Below, piece by piece: positions 45,648 to 55,447 of a stretch of 64,000 bases of DNA (positions are counted from its first letter, which is position 1; the number at the start of each line of letters is the position of its first letter). The notes under the pieces were generated by a model, which saw only the letters and a program-made list of their open reading frames with translations, did no database searches and was not told where the DNA came from. The stretch is from Fidelibacterota bacterium (GTDB taxonomy: Bacteria > Fidelibacterota > UBA8477 > JABMPR01): positions 23,407 to 87,406 of the forward strand of contig JABIFX010000081.1 of assembly GCA_018650445.1 (NCBI GenBank), read 5' to 3'. The translations under genes were made by a program, and so were the position numbers.

Positions 45648-46378
45648 AATTGAACCTCGTTTGAATTATAGAGCAGCATACGTTTTTTTGCTTCATCCAG
45701 ACTGATACCATGACTGGTCATCACTTCCAGCATCCCGTCAATATTGGGATTGTCAAGGATTCCCCGACAGCCTGTACAGAATTGTCCAAAGCTTGGGCAA
45801 ACCGCATCACAACCACCCCTGGTGATGGGACCGAGACAAACCATGCCGCGATTGTAAAGACACTCATTTTCCTTGAGCTTGCACTCCACACATACTGGAG
45901 AACCATATGTGGGGGGTTGTTTTCCCAGAACCAGAGCGATAAGCAGTTTGAGAAAATCTTGCTGGGTCATGGGACAACCACGGACTTCATAGTCGACTTT
46001 AACAACAGATGAAACTGCCATGGCTGGCAGGGTGGCAAACAGGTACTTGTCATCCCCATAAACCGTTTCGCGGACTTCATCTATGGGATGAAGATTCTTC
46101 ATAGCATTGACACCACCATTCACAGCACAGGAGCCAAGAGCCACTAAAATATCGCTACGACGACGGATATCATGAATTCGTTCCACACAGGATGGTGAAG
46201 TAATTGATCCTTCAATAAAGGCGATATCATAGTGATCAGCCTTGTCATCCATAGCCTCGCGGAATTCAACAATATCTATGTGTTTTAATATATCGAGGAG
46301 GTCATTTTCAAAATTGAGTTTATTGAGCTGACAACCTTCACAACTGGTAAAATCGAAAAATGCAACTTGTGGTTTCAT
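45644..46378 (-). CDS. hydD: [NiFe]-hydrogenase small (delta) subunit
   Basis: FDFTSCEGCQ...GSCAVNGG proximal-cluster cysteines of the NuoB-like fold, plus C-terminal Cys clusters. A 4-nt overlap links it to the alpha gene. Confidence 0.85.
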   Translation of the reverse strand: MKPQVAFFDFTSCEGCQLNKLNFENDLLDILKHIDIVEFREAMDDKADHYDIAFIEGSITSPSCVERIHDIRRRSDILVALGSCAVNGGVNAMKNLHPIDEVRETVYGDDKYLFATLPAMAVSSVVKVDYEVRGCPMTQQDFLKLLIALVLGKQPPTYGSPVCVECKLKENECLYNRGMVCLGPITRGGCDAVCPSFGQFCTGCRGILDNPNIDGMLEVMTSHGISLDEAKKRMLLYNSNEVQL

Positions 46379-47229
46379 TAGAGAGCCTCCTCCAATGGTT
46401 TGAGATCAACATAGTTGAACACGGGACCATCCTGACAACAGTAAACACCATTGATCTGGCAATGTCCACATTTACCAACACCACATTTCATGCGGCGTTC
46501 AAGAGACAGATATATCTGATCATCAGGAAGTTGTTTTGACTTGAGTGACATGACAACAAACTTGTACATGACTGGGGGGCCTGTGATGGCGGCTATGGTG
46601 GTGTTCAACTTGAGATCCAGAGAGGGAATCAGCGTTGTGATAACACCGGTATTGCCTTCCCAGGTCTCATCTGGTTGATCTACAGTCACATGTAATTCCA
46701 CATCATCTCGGTCTTTCCATGTTTCTAATTCATCTGTAAAAAGAAGTTCAGAGGGAGTCTTTGCACCATAAAGAATGATGAGGCGGCCAAAGTCTTTGCG
46801 ATTATCCAGAACATAATTAATGAGAGATCGAAGGGGTACCAGACCAATTCCACCTGCTACTACCAGGATATCCTTGCCAAAAAGTTTTTCCATGGGGAAG
46901 CCCTTACCAAAAGGACCACGAATACCCATCATATCACCGGTTTCATAATTCTTCAGCACGTTGGTCAGGGTGCCAACCTGACGGATACATAGTTCGAACT
47001 TACCATTCTTTGATGGAGAACTGGAAATGGATATGGGTGCTTCACCAATCCCGAATGCAGATACTTCTACAAACTGACCAGGACTATGACCTAAACTCTG
47101 ACCATCCGGCATTTCAAGCTCATACCATTTTTCCATTTCGGTTATCTGTTTGGCTCCAGTCACCTTACACATCGTGGGGTAATAGAGATCTTCAGTTTCG
47201 TGATGTTCTACATCTTGTAGACGTTTCAT
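46378..47229 (-). CDS. hydG: Sulfhydrogenase gamma subunit (FAD/NAD(P)-binding, 2Fe-2S)
   Basis: Ferredoxin-reductase-type fold (RGPFGKGF, ILVVAGGIGLVPL) and a C-terminal CGVGKCGHCQ cluster motif. Confidence 0.85.
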   Translation of the reverse strand: MKRLQDVEHHETEDLYYPTMCKVTGAKQITEMEKWYELEMPDGQSLGHSPGQFVEVSAFGIGEAPISISSSPSKNGKFELCIRQVGTLTNVLKNYETGDMMGIRGPFGKGFPMEKLFGKDILVVAGGIGLVPLRSLINYVLDNRKDFGRLIILYGAKTPSELLFTDELETWKDRDDVELHVTVDQPDETWEGNTGVITTLIPSLDLKLNTTIAAITGPPVMYKFVVMSLKSKQLPDDQIYLSLERRMKCGVGKCGHCQINGVYCCQDGPVFNYVDLKPLEEAL

Positions 47230-47244
47230 ATTCAGCCTCCTTCT

Positions 47245-48279
47245 CTATACCCGGACTGTCCGGTGATATTGGGCTTTCTCGTCTTCCTGGATGAGCTCAT
47301 TGACAATGTCTGGCAATGAGATTCCTGCAGGACAAAAAGCAGTACAGCGACCACAGCCAACACACCAGGGCAAGCCTTCTTCATCTGTTATGTATTTGAA
47401 TTTCCGATAGAGGCGATGGCGCGTTCGATTGATAGTCTTCTCTCGGAAGTTCTCTCCACCAGCGACCTCGGCGAAGGTACTGAGCATGCAACTATCCCAG
47501 CTGCGTTGGCGCATACCATCTTCAGCGGTCACTTCGACTTCATCTTGAACATCAAAGCAAAAGCAAGTGGGACAGGTCAGTGTACAAGCACCACAGCCCA
47601 CACAGCGTGAAGCCACATCAGCCCAGACATCAGAATGATAGGCGTACTGAAAAACACGTGGGAGTCTATTATAATGATATCTTATTTTTTTCTTAAAGTG
47701 ACGACCCTCAACTACTTCAGGTTCTGTTAGATTGATTTTATCAAACCCATTTAACATTCCCTGACCACTATCTGTGAGAACATAGAGTTGAAAGTCACCA
47801 TCGACTTCATTGAGGAAGAGATCAAAGCCTTCCATTTCTTCGATGACAACGCCTACACTTTCTGAAAAGTGAAATTCATCCGGTTCAAACGAGATACCCA
47901 CAAAACGGGAGGACTGACGTCGTTTGAAATAATTTGATTCAGCAGATCCAGACAACATGCTATGATCCAGCCTGAGTATGGATTGCATCTCATAACTATG
48001 TACTCCAAAGAATACTCTGGGAGCGACTATCACATCTTCTTGCTCGTAACTCCCATTTTTGAGTGAGAAACCCATCAATTTTTCGACGGGTGGGAGAAAC
48101 ATCTTCTTGAGTGGTAATAAGGTACGGGTATAGTCCAGCACAACATCACTGCTGTCACGGACAACTTCAAACGAATACGAGACATCCCCTTTCCCATGGG
48201 GGGCGATTACCTCCCCAAAATCCCCGAGGTAATCAATCAGGGCTGGGACATCAGACCGTAATAGAGAAAAACACTCCAT
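47245..48279 (-). CDS. hydB: Sulfhydrogenase beta subunit (4Fe-4S dicluster, AsrA-like)
   Basis: CVGCGACTLTCPTCFC and CVGCGRCTAFCPAGI. It is the first gene of the B-G-D-A order seen in Pyrococcus-type group 3b enzymes. Confidence 0.85.
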   Translation of the reverse strand: MECFSLLRSDVPALIDYLGDFGEVIAPHGKGDVSYSFEVVRDSSDVVLDYTRTLLPLKKMFLPPVEKLMGFSLKNGSYEQEDVIVAPRVFFGVHSYEMQSILRLDHSMLSGSAESNYFKRRQSSRFVGISFEPDEFHFSESVGVVIEEMEGFDLFLNEVDGDFQLYVLTDSGQGMLNGFDKINLTEPEVVEGRHFKKKIRYHYNRLPRVFQYAYHSDVWADVASRCVGCGACTLTCPTCFCFDVQDEVEVTAEDGMRQRSWDSCMLSTFAEVAGGENFREKTINRTRHRLYRKFKYITDEEGLPWCVGCGRCTAFCPAGISLPDIVNELIQEDEKAQYHRTVRV

Positions 48280-48340
48280 AATGGCTTCCTTCTATAAGTG
48301 ATCGGTTAACAAATTTTCCAACAATCATCACTCGATCATT

Positions 48341-48356
48341 TGCAAAGCACATGCCA
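48341..48356 (-). promoter_or_regulatory. Sigma54 -24/-12 promoter (TGGCATGTGCTTTGCA) upstream of hydB
   Basis: The minus strand reads cTTGGCATG-TGCT-TTGCAaat, against the consensus TGGCACG-N4-TTGCW. There is one mismatch and the spacing is exact. It lies 62-77 nt upstream of the hydB ATG (48279), which has a GAAGGAAG RBS. Confidence 0.6.
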
Positions 48357-48556
48357 AGACATCTGTTTCCCTATGACAATTATTTATCTTATCATGTATA
48401 ATTGATAAAGTCAGCAGAATACTTTATTAAGGACTGATTTAGATCAATTCAGCACTTTGTAATTAATTGATTTGTGCATTACCTGCTATTGTAAATCGAA
48501 ATATCAGAATCAATGGCAAGGGAAAGGGGGGGCTACTGTCGAGAGGTGAAACCTGT

Positions 48557-49204
48557 TTAATTCAGCGAGATATCATCCGAAATTCTGGGATCGACACGTT
48601 TAAGCAATTCAATGGTTTCAATCTGATCATCAATGAGCCACAGAATGCGATTAGCGCGTTCTCGGACAGAATCCATTGAAAGGAGTGCATATTGCTCATC
48701 GTTTTTTAGAGGCAGGGTGCGGGCTACCAGATTCACTAGTGCTATAAAAGATTCCTGTTCCTCCAGGATGGGGCTAAAATCGAGTGTGTCTGGAGATTGC
48801 TCCACCAGATAATTCAGGCGCAGCAGCAAGTCCTCACGCTCATCAATAAAATCATTTCCAGAATCTGATTCAGGTAACTCGATCAATTCAGCCACGCGGA
48901 AGGGGTTGTCTTTGACTATTTCACCAAACCCAACCCTAAACAGGCCTTCCAGAACAATATTGTATTTCCCATTCTCCAATTTTTCATAGGACTGAATTTT
49001 ACCAAGACACCCGACGGGGAAAATTTCCGGGGTACCATAATAATCATCTTCGTAACCGGGTTTCAGAACCCCCATGGCCAAGAGACCATCTCCTTCCAAT
49101 ACACTTTCAATCATTTCCACATATCTCGGTTCGAAGATGTGGTAACTGGCTGTAGTTTCAGGAAACAGATTTACCGTAGGTAAAGGAAAAACGGGCGCGT
49201 GCAT
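48557..49204 (-). CDS. LON substrate-binding (Lon N-terminal) domain protein
   Basis: FPLPTVNLFPETTASYHIFEPRYVEMI is the LON_substr_bdg signature. No ATPase or protease domain is present. Confidence 0.8.
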   Translation of the reverse strand: MHAPVFPLPTVNLFPETTASYHIFEPRYVEMIESVLEGDGLLAMGVLKPGYEDDYYGTPEIFPVGCLGKIQSYEKLENGKYNIVLEGLFRVGFGEIVKDNPFRVAELIELPESDSGNDFIDEREDLLLRLNYLVEQSPDTLDFSPILEEQESFIALVNLVARTLPLKNDEQYALLSMDSVRERANRILWLIDDQIETIELLKRVDPRISDDISLN

Positions 49205-49218
49205 CTACTCAGCCTCAG

Positions 49219-49560
49219 TTAGGAACTAGGGTTATGAATTCCGGGAGGGGCCGCGATTTTCAGAACGGTCAACTGCTCATCGCTCTCATTGATAATACCT
49301 GAGCTGACACCCATTTCCACCAGGACTGAAGTGTTGCGTGTGAGTACCAGCACCTCATCTCCCACTTCAAAAACACCCTCTCCCCGTAATACGAAATAGA
49401 TAATGTCTGAGATGGGCTCCACCACAGGTGAAATGTATTGATGCGTATTTAATAACAGCACATCCATTCGCAGTTGGTCGCTATTGAACATACTATTAAT
49501 GTTGGCAGCATCTTCTGAGAAGTGGGCGACCTGTTTTAAGTCTTTTACATTATTTTCCAT
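49219..49560 (-). CDS. Cupin domain protein
   Basis: YFVLRGEGVFEVGDEVLVL...SVLVEMGV beta-barrel pattern. Small at 113 aa. Confidence 0.5.
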   Translation of the reverse strand: MENNVKDLKQVAHFSEDAANINSMFNSDQLRMDVLLLNTHQYISPVVEPISDIIYFVLRGEGVFEVGDEVLVLTRNTSVLVEMGVSSGIINESDEQLTVLKIAAPPGIHNPSS

Positions 49561-50212
49561 GAATCATCTCTATAATTTTGTTGACCAGTTTTTCGATTCC
49601 AGTGGCAACCTCGCTAATTCTCATATCCAACATATATGCTGGAGTTGAAACCAGGTTTCTTTCTTCATCAACTACAAAATCGTCGACTGGACAGTTAATA
49701 TGATTTCCACCCATTTCATTGATGGCAGCCGCCGTATCAGCATCTGAACCGATGGTCAATTTGGCATCAGCGCCATAAATATGGGGTATCATCGCTGGGG
49801 CAATGCAAACAAAGCCCATGGGTTTTCCAGTTGCAGCAAAAGCTCGTGAAAACTGGAGTATATCAGCCTGCACCGTACTTGCGGCACCTTTAACAGCGAA
49901 ATTAGACAGGTTTTTGGCTGCCCCATAGCCACCTGGAAAAATAACTGCATCAAAATCATTGGGGTTGGCTGTAGCGATATCTATAATTTGGGTCCTGGCT
50001 ATGCGGGCTGCCTCTACCAGAACGTTTCTCTGTTCTCCCTCGGCAACTTCACCTGTGAAATGGTTCACCACATGCATCTGTTCCATATCCGGTGCCATGC
50101 ATTGATAGCTCACACCGGCGCGATCTAGAGCAAGCATAGTGATCACACTTTCTTGAATCTCTGCGCCATCTAAAAATCCTGAACCTGATAAAACCACTGC
50201 TATTTTTTTCAT
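49550..50212 (-). CDS. elbB: ElbB-type DJ-1/PfpI family glyoxalase-like protein
   Basis: Collinear with E. coli ElbB as I recall it: MKKIAVVLSGSGFLDGAEIQE..., IFPGGYGAAKNLSNFA, GFVCIAPAM and VSTPAYML. Confidence 0.85.
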   Translation of the reverse strand: MKKIAVVLSGSGFLDGAEIQESVITMLALDRAGVSYQCMAPDMEQMHVVNHFTGEVAEGEQRNVLVEAARIARTQIIDIATANPNDFDAVIFPGGYGAAKNLSNFAVKGAASTVQADILQFSRAFAATGKPMGFVCIAPAMIPHIYGADAKLTIGSDADTAAAINEMGGNHINCPVDDFVVDEERNLVSTPAYMLDMRISEVATGIEKLVNKIIEMIHGK

Positions 50213-50235
50213 ATCACCCTCCCCTTACCTGAATT

Positions 50236-50595
50236 TTACCAATCAAAAGCTGATGTATCGAAATCATCATCTTCTTTTTCAGCAACCGGCTGCACCCATA
50301 ATTGGTCAGCTCTCATGACGACTGGATAGGTTTCCAGCCTGGTATAACTGGGTTTGATCCCCTTCCCCGTAGATATGCTGTATTTCCACCCATGTAAAGG
50401 GCAAGTCAACGTATCGCCGGTTATTTCACATAGTTCAAGTTTGAAGCCATTGTGTTTACAGAACCCTGAACGTGCAATAAAACGATCTGGTGTGTGAAAT
50501 ATGGTAATTTCCTCTCCATCCAGATTCACATTAAGAGCACCATTCTCAGGTACAGCAGATGCATCACAGGCATAAATAAAATCAACTTCAGACAT
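50236..50595 (-). CDS. Rieske [2Fe-2S] domain protein
   Basis: CKHNGFKL...CPLHGWKY (CxH...CxxH). I place the start at the internal MSEVDF (50595), which gives an 8-nt overlap ATGTCTGA with the NUDIX stop. The track ORF extends to 50670. Confidence 0.75.
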   Translation of the reverse strand: MSEVDFIYACDASAVPENGALNVNLDGEEITIFHTPDRFIARSGFCKHNGFKLELCEITGDTLTCPLHGWKYSISTGKGIKPSYTRLETYPVVMRADQLWVQPVAEKEDDDFDTSAFDW

Positions 50596-51202
50596 GGGCT
50601 TTCCAATCTCCACTGGCCAGTTTTTCAGCCCAGAACAAACCCACCATAGTTTTTGCGTCAGTGATTTCACCGCGCCTTAACATTTCCATGGCTTTGTCCA
50701 GGGGCATTTCAATGATTTCCAGAAACTCATCCTCATCCCGGTCTATTTCCTGCATGGTTAAATCGCTGGCGGCATAGACTGCCATTTTCTCATCGGCATA
50801 GCCAATGGCGGGATAGAGATGACTTATGAATGTCCAGGTGCTAGCTGTATAGCCAGTTTCCTCAAGAAGCTCGCGTTTGCCCGTCGTGAGAAAATCCTCT
50901 CCAGCATCTGTTTTGCCAGCAGGAAGCTCGTAAAATATCTCATTGGGATAATATCTAAACTGCCGTTCCATAATCAATGTGGTGGTATTCAAAAATGGAA
51001 TAATGACTACGGCACCAGGATGTTTGATGCCCTCGCGGACACTGGTCTTGCCGTTGGGAAGTTTGACCTCATCCCGGACCACGTGGAGAAGATTCCCCTT
51101 AAATTTGGTCTCAGATGATATTTTTATTTCACGAAGTTCTTTGGAATTCATAAGGCTTTTAGCATAGAATGCATCAGGCATAAATGCAAGTGTGTTGCGC
51201 AA
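50588..51202 (-). CDS. NUDIX hydrolase (ADP-ribose pyrophosphatase-like)
   Basis: Nudix box GKTDAGEDFLTTGKRELLEETGY. Confidence 0.85.
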   Translation of the reverse strand: MRNTLAFMPDAFYAKSLMNSKELREIKISSETKFKGNLLHVVRDEVKLPNGKTSVREGIKHPGAVVIIPFLNTTTLIMERQFRYYPNEIFYELPAGKTDAGEDFLTTGKRELLEETGYTASTWTFISHLYPAIGYADEKMAVYAASDLTMQEIDRDEDEFLEIIEMPLDKAMEMLRRGEITDAKTMVGLFWAEKLASGDWKAHV

Positions 51203-51221
51203 CTATTCTGCACCCTTAATC

Positions 51222-52004
51222 TCAGTTCAACTCGAATTCAGTGACAGAGACTGACCCAAAACATCCATAGCCACCCGCTACCGTCGATCCATCTGGATGA
51301 TAGGTATTGGGAATGAAGGAGATGGGACTATTACCGTAGCGGGTCAGGTTCTCATCAAGGGCGGTGACGCTCAGGTGAAGCGGTGCACCGTTGGCTGCAT
51401 CGAATGTCCATTCCACTGGGATGGTCGCGCTACTACCTGGCTTCACCACCTTCTCGAGAACGGTCACCGCAAAGAACAGATATATCCTGTATTCATAAGC
51501 AGAGGGGTGGTGCTGCAGGTCAAATTTTAATTCATCAACGTTTATCACCCAGGAGCCTTTATCAATTTGTGGAAAATCTGGGATAGTGGTTTCGGCGGTC
51601 AGTAAGGGAAAACCCAGTGCACTGATCTCAAGTTCATAGATCTCACCAGCATTTGCATGGAAGTATGCATTATTGTAATCCTGCCAGTCCGTAGCGTTAA
51701 CATTACTCTGGCCGAAATTATAGGTCATGCTGTCACTCCTTGTCATGACCTCCACATACTCTATAGGGGGTGAAAAATTCTCTATGGAATCTGAATAAAT
51801 TTCTTCTGTGGTGAGCGCCCTGTTGATATTTATAAATGAGTTTCCCTGAAGATCATCAGCCCGGAGAACACCCATAATATTCAGACCAGGTTCGAATTCT
51901 GTTTCAACAATATCTGTGGGCATGGGACCTGGTTGATGCGGTAAATCACAAGCATTCACAAGGAGCAAAAACAGGAGGACTGGCAGTGTGTTAGTAATTT
52001 TCAT
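51222..52004 (-). CDS. Lipoprotein, DUF4249-like (partner of the upstream TonB-dependent receptor)
   Basis: Lipobox LLVNAC. Its size and its position directly after a CarboxypepD_reg TonB receptor match the usual DUF4249 context. Confidence 0.4.
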   Translation of the reverse strand: MKITNTLPVLLFLLLVNACDLPHQPGPMPTDIVETEFEPGLNIMGVLRADDLQGNSFININRALTTEEIYSDSIENFSPPIEYVEVMTRSDSMTYNFGQSNVNATDWQDYNNAYFHANAGEIYELEISALGFPLLTAETTIPDFPQIDKGSWVINVDELKFDLQHHPSAYEYRIYLFFAVTVLEKVVKPGSSATIPVEWTFDAANGAPLHLSVTALDENLTRYGNSPISFIPNTYHPDGSTVAGGYGCFGSVSVTEFELN

Positions 52005-52015
52005 CTTGGTACCTA

Positions 52016-54349
52016 TTAGAATTGTAGGCTATAGCCAAATGATATTGATGGTAAATAACCAGCTCCAAAGCCATAGTAACCATACTCCGGGATGTAGAAG
52101 TAGTAGATCGGGTTGCGATGTAGGAATAGCAGATTCCTGATGGTCATGGTCATATAGGCATCTATCCCCCCCAGGTATTCAGCCAGATTAAAGCCAAAGC
52201 CTGAACGGAGTTTTTTCTTCCAGCCAATATCCCAGGCTAAACGAGCGGGATACCTCACATTGTTACGCTCTGGTGTGATGTAGGTGGCAAAATATCCAGT
52301 AGTATTTGTCAGTGGATCATAGGTTCCATGCATGCGCATTCCCGTTTCCCAGGTGCGTGGAAATCCTGAAGTAATCTGCAAGGTCGAACTGGCCACAATA
52401 TCCGGTGTTAATTTAAACAGCAGAATGGATTTGAGATTATGGGGTTGGTCCGCATCAAATAAGCTTGTCTGGCCATCCAGAATGGAGGGATAGCGACGGA
52501 ACCCTTTGGAATAATTGTAGCCCAACCACCCTGACAGACGGCCAAATTCACCTCTCAACAGAATTTCAAACCCATAGGATTCTCCAGAGCCTCCTTCGAT
52601 AAGGGCTGAGCTTTCACCGGCAACTATTGTATTGCTGTAGGTTGCCCGATAGAGTTGTTTCAAATCTTTATAGTAGGCACTCACTTCATAGGCGATGTCA
52701 CCAAACAGGGGACCGCTGAGTCCTACGATGTAGTGGATGGAATTGAGAGGCTCTCGATTCTCAAGTGACTGGTAATAGTCAAGAAATTGTACAAATTCAT
52801 CACCCTTAGAATCCATGGTTGTGAGATATTGAAAATATTTCCCATAAGCCGTCTTGAGCTGGTGACCTCCAGGGATTCTGAGACTTGCTGATGCCCGCGG
52901 TTCCATATGCCACACACCCTGTGCCTGAGATCTTGAATTTCGCAAGCCCAGTTTGAACTGGAAAGGACCTAGTTCAATCTTATCCTGAAGAAAGAATGAT
53001 TGGAATTGTGCTCCCGATTTATTGGGATTTGGGTCTGCATCGAAACGGCCCACCTCGTTAGCAAAATAGATATCATTTATCTCCAGACCCAGCTTCAGGG
53101 TCTGATTCCAGAAGGCATACCAGGCCAGGTTCGCTTTTCCTGTATTTTCACCGATGGTATTCTCAATATGAGTTTTATAGTCGAGAGCGACTGTGAAATC
53201 TTCAACCGTATCGGTTATGGAGTAATTGAAGTAAGTCAAATTGTCCACTGAGGAAGCTGAATGATAGACTTGACCTTCCAGGATTAAGGTCGGCAGGAGA
53301 ACAGAATTAAACTTGACACCCAGCGCCCGGTTGGTGGTATTGGTTACAAATCCCTCACCGAAGGATTCAAATAAACCCTCAGGGAAAAAAAGCATGAGAT
53401 TATCCACACTGTAGTCCATATAGTCGCGGGCAAAAAATCCGGAGAACCTGAGACGCGTCTTACCAAGGAGTACCTGATAAGCCGCATTATAATCCATGAC
53501 CAGATTAGGTGAGCCCATCATGACTCGGAGCATAAAATCGGTATAAGTTCTGCCAGACACCATGGCCGTCCCATTTTTGCCCGCAGGAAATTCAATGGCC
53601 CCACTAATACCTGAAATAGCTGGTCGGAACTCACCGTGGATTTCTGATTGATGACCCTCACGGGTGGAAATATTCATGATGGAGGCATTACGGCCACCAT
53701 ACTCAGCATCGAAGCCACCCACCAGCATCTCCACATCCTTGATGGAATAGGGGTTAAAGATGGCACTGGAACCCATAAAATGTTGAGGATTATAAATGGT
53801 CATCCCATCCATCTGAACCAGGTTTTCACCAGGATCGCTACCCCGCACATAATACTGGGGTGACATGGGATCTGAGGTGGTTACACTTGGTGAGAATTGG
53901 ATCAGTTTGAAGACATCCTTGTTGAGTTGAGGAATTTCTGTAAGAATCACAGGATCAACCTGTAAACTGGAGATATCCATATCCTTGATGATGGTAGCGC
54001 GCTTTCCTACAACCTCGATGGCTTTGGTATCAATGGCATGCGGCCATAGGGTTACGCTTGAAATAAAATGATTCACAGGACCCAGATTGATACTGAGTGT
54101 CGTGTCCTCATAGGCGATGTGGGAGAATGTCAGATCAACAGGTCCTGAGCCAGTGTTGCGAAGAATGAAAAAGCCCTCCACATTAGTGGCAGCACCTTGA
54201 CCAGTCGCTTTGATAAAGACATTTACACCAATAATACTTTCTCCAGATTGCACATCGTGGACAAAGCCGGTGACATCCGTAGCACCCAGGTGAGCATTGA
54301 GTGAGAGGATCACCAGGAGGATGGTTCGTATTTTAGCTCTCAAGATCAC
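52016..54349 (-). CDS. TonB-dependent receptor with N-terminal carboxypeptidase-regulatory-like domain
   Basis: GFVHDVQSGESIIGVNVFIKATGQGAATNVEGFFIL (CarboxypepD_reg), a plug region, and a beta-barrel ending in the aromatic ...FGYSLQF. Confidence 0.85.
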   Translation of the reverse strand: MILRAKIRTILLVILSLNAHLGATDVTGFVHDVQSGESIIGVNVFIKATGQGAATNVEGFFILRNTGSGPVDLTFSHIAYEDTTLSINLGPVNHFISSVTLWPHAIDTKAIEVVGKRATIIKDMDISSLQVDPVILTEIPQLNKDVFKLIQFSPSVTTSDPMSPQYYVRGSDPGENLVQMDGMTIYNPQHFMGSSAIFNPYSIKDVEMLVGGFDAEYGGRNASIMNISTREGHQSEIHGEFRPAISGISGAIEFPAGKNGTAMVSGRTYTDFMLRVMMGSPNLVMDYNAAYQVLLGKTRLRFSGFFARDYMDYSVDNLMLFFPEGLFESFGEGFVTNTTNRALGVKFNSVLLPTLILEGQVYHSASSVDNLTYFNYSITDTVEDFTVALDYKTHIENTIGENTGKANLAWYAFWNQTLKLGLEINDIYFANEVGRFDADPNPNKSGAQFQSFFLQDKIELGPFQFKLGLRNSRSQAQGVWHMEPRASASLRIPGGHQLKTAYGKYFQYLTTMDSKGDEFVQFLDYYQSLENREPLNSIHYIVGLSGPLFGDIAYEVSAYYKDLKQLYRATYSNTIVAGESSALIEGGSGESYGFEILLRGEFGRLSGWLGYNYSKGFRRYPSILDGQTSLFDADQPHNLKSILLFKLTPDIVASSTLQITSGFPRTWETGMRMHGTYDPLTNTTGYFATYITPERNNVRYPARLAWDIGWKKKLRSGFGFNLAEYLGGIDAYMTMTIRNLLFLHRNPIYYFYIPEYGYYGFGAGYLPSISFGYSLQF

Positions 54350-55380
54350 GGTAACAGGACCCCGACTCTCAGGAGTAAGCCAATTTCAGCTTGTGGAATG
54401 ACATCAGGTAGAATGTTATAGCCAGCATAAACACCAATTCCACCATACACTCCCTTGTGATACACAGGGCGATATTCCACACTTGCCTGAGCTGACAAAT
54501 TTAAGTAGAATAAATTGTAGTAATCCAGATGGTCAAAATGACCGCCCTCGAAATTATTGAAGCCAAAACGGTATGTCCCGGAAACCTGAGTTATCCACTG
54601 GGGTGAAAGCCGCTGAAACCACTGCTGATCCTTGCCCCCGATAGCGATAGACTCATGAATATCTGATCGGCGATAAAACAAACCAGGCGAGCCACGCATC
54701 CACTTTGATTCCTGATCTGCTGGAAAGTCCAGTCTGAAGTGAGCATTAATAGCAAATCCATCTCCAAAGAAAATGAATTCTGACCAGGTCATGAGTTGAC
54801 GACGAAAAAGATATGGGTAAAATTCTGAATTGAAGTCCTTTTCAGAAAGCACTCGGGATTGTTCCCTGGCAAACTCCTGAACCACACGCCCGAGGTAGAG
54901 TGTGTCCGCCTCTTTCTTCTCACGTTTGAGGCGCAATTCCCAAATCCAGTCGCTCATCGGTTGATCCAGACTGTCATAAAAAGTGGTGTAAGCACTGAGA
55001 CAGAGGCCCTTTTGTTTTATGCTGGAATTGTCAGTCCACAAAATGAGTTTAGAAAGATGCAGGGTGCCAACAAGATCGAGGGAATCCCTAACAAACTGCG
55101 CCTGGAAAAGATCTGACAATGGTTGATCCAGAGCGAGATATTGGTCAACTGGTATGTATCTGTATTTCTTGGTCTGGCGAATACCCAGAATAGAGCCATC
55201 CAGAATTCTGGAATCACTGACCTCTATTGAACTGGAGGATGGGTCCAGACTTGAATCCTGGACCACATCAATATTCAGGGTATCTGAAATAAAATCATTC
55301 AGAGCTGGAATTTTAAATCTATCGCCAGCATAGCCATTCTGAACACCCAGAATGCTCATAAGTAAAATGATGAAAGCCAT
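54346..55380 (-). CDS. Hypothetical exported protein (possible outer-membrane protein)
   Basis: Signal peptide MAFIILLMSILGVQNGYAG. A 4-nt overlap links it to the receptor gene. No recognisable family. Confidence 0.5.
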   Translation of the reverse strand: MAFIILLMSILGVQNGYAGDRFKIPALNDFISDTLNIDVVQDSSLDPSSSSIEVSDSRILDGSILGIRQTKKYRYIPVDQYLALDQPLSDLFQAQFVRDSLDLVGTLHLSKLILWTDNSSIKQKGLCLSAYTTFYDSLDQPMSDWIWELRLKREKKEADTLYLGRVVQEFAREQSRVLSEKDFNSEFYPYLFRRQLMTWSEFIFFGDGFAINAHFRLDFPADQESKWMRGSPGLFYRRSDIHESIAIGGKDQQWFQRLSPQWITQVSGTYRFGFNNFEGGHFDHLDYYNLFYLNLSAQASVEYRPVYHKGVYGGIGVYAGYNILPDVIPQAEIGLLLRVGVLLP

Positions 55381-55447
55381 ATGTCGATTCAGACTAATAG
55401 AATTTATCCTCTAACACTATCAGTTAAGACTATATATGCCATAATCA

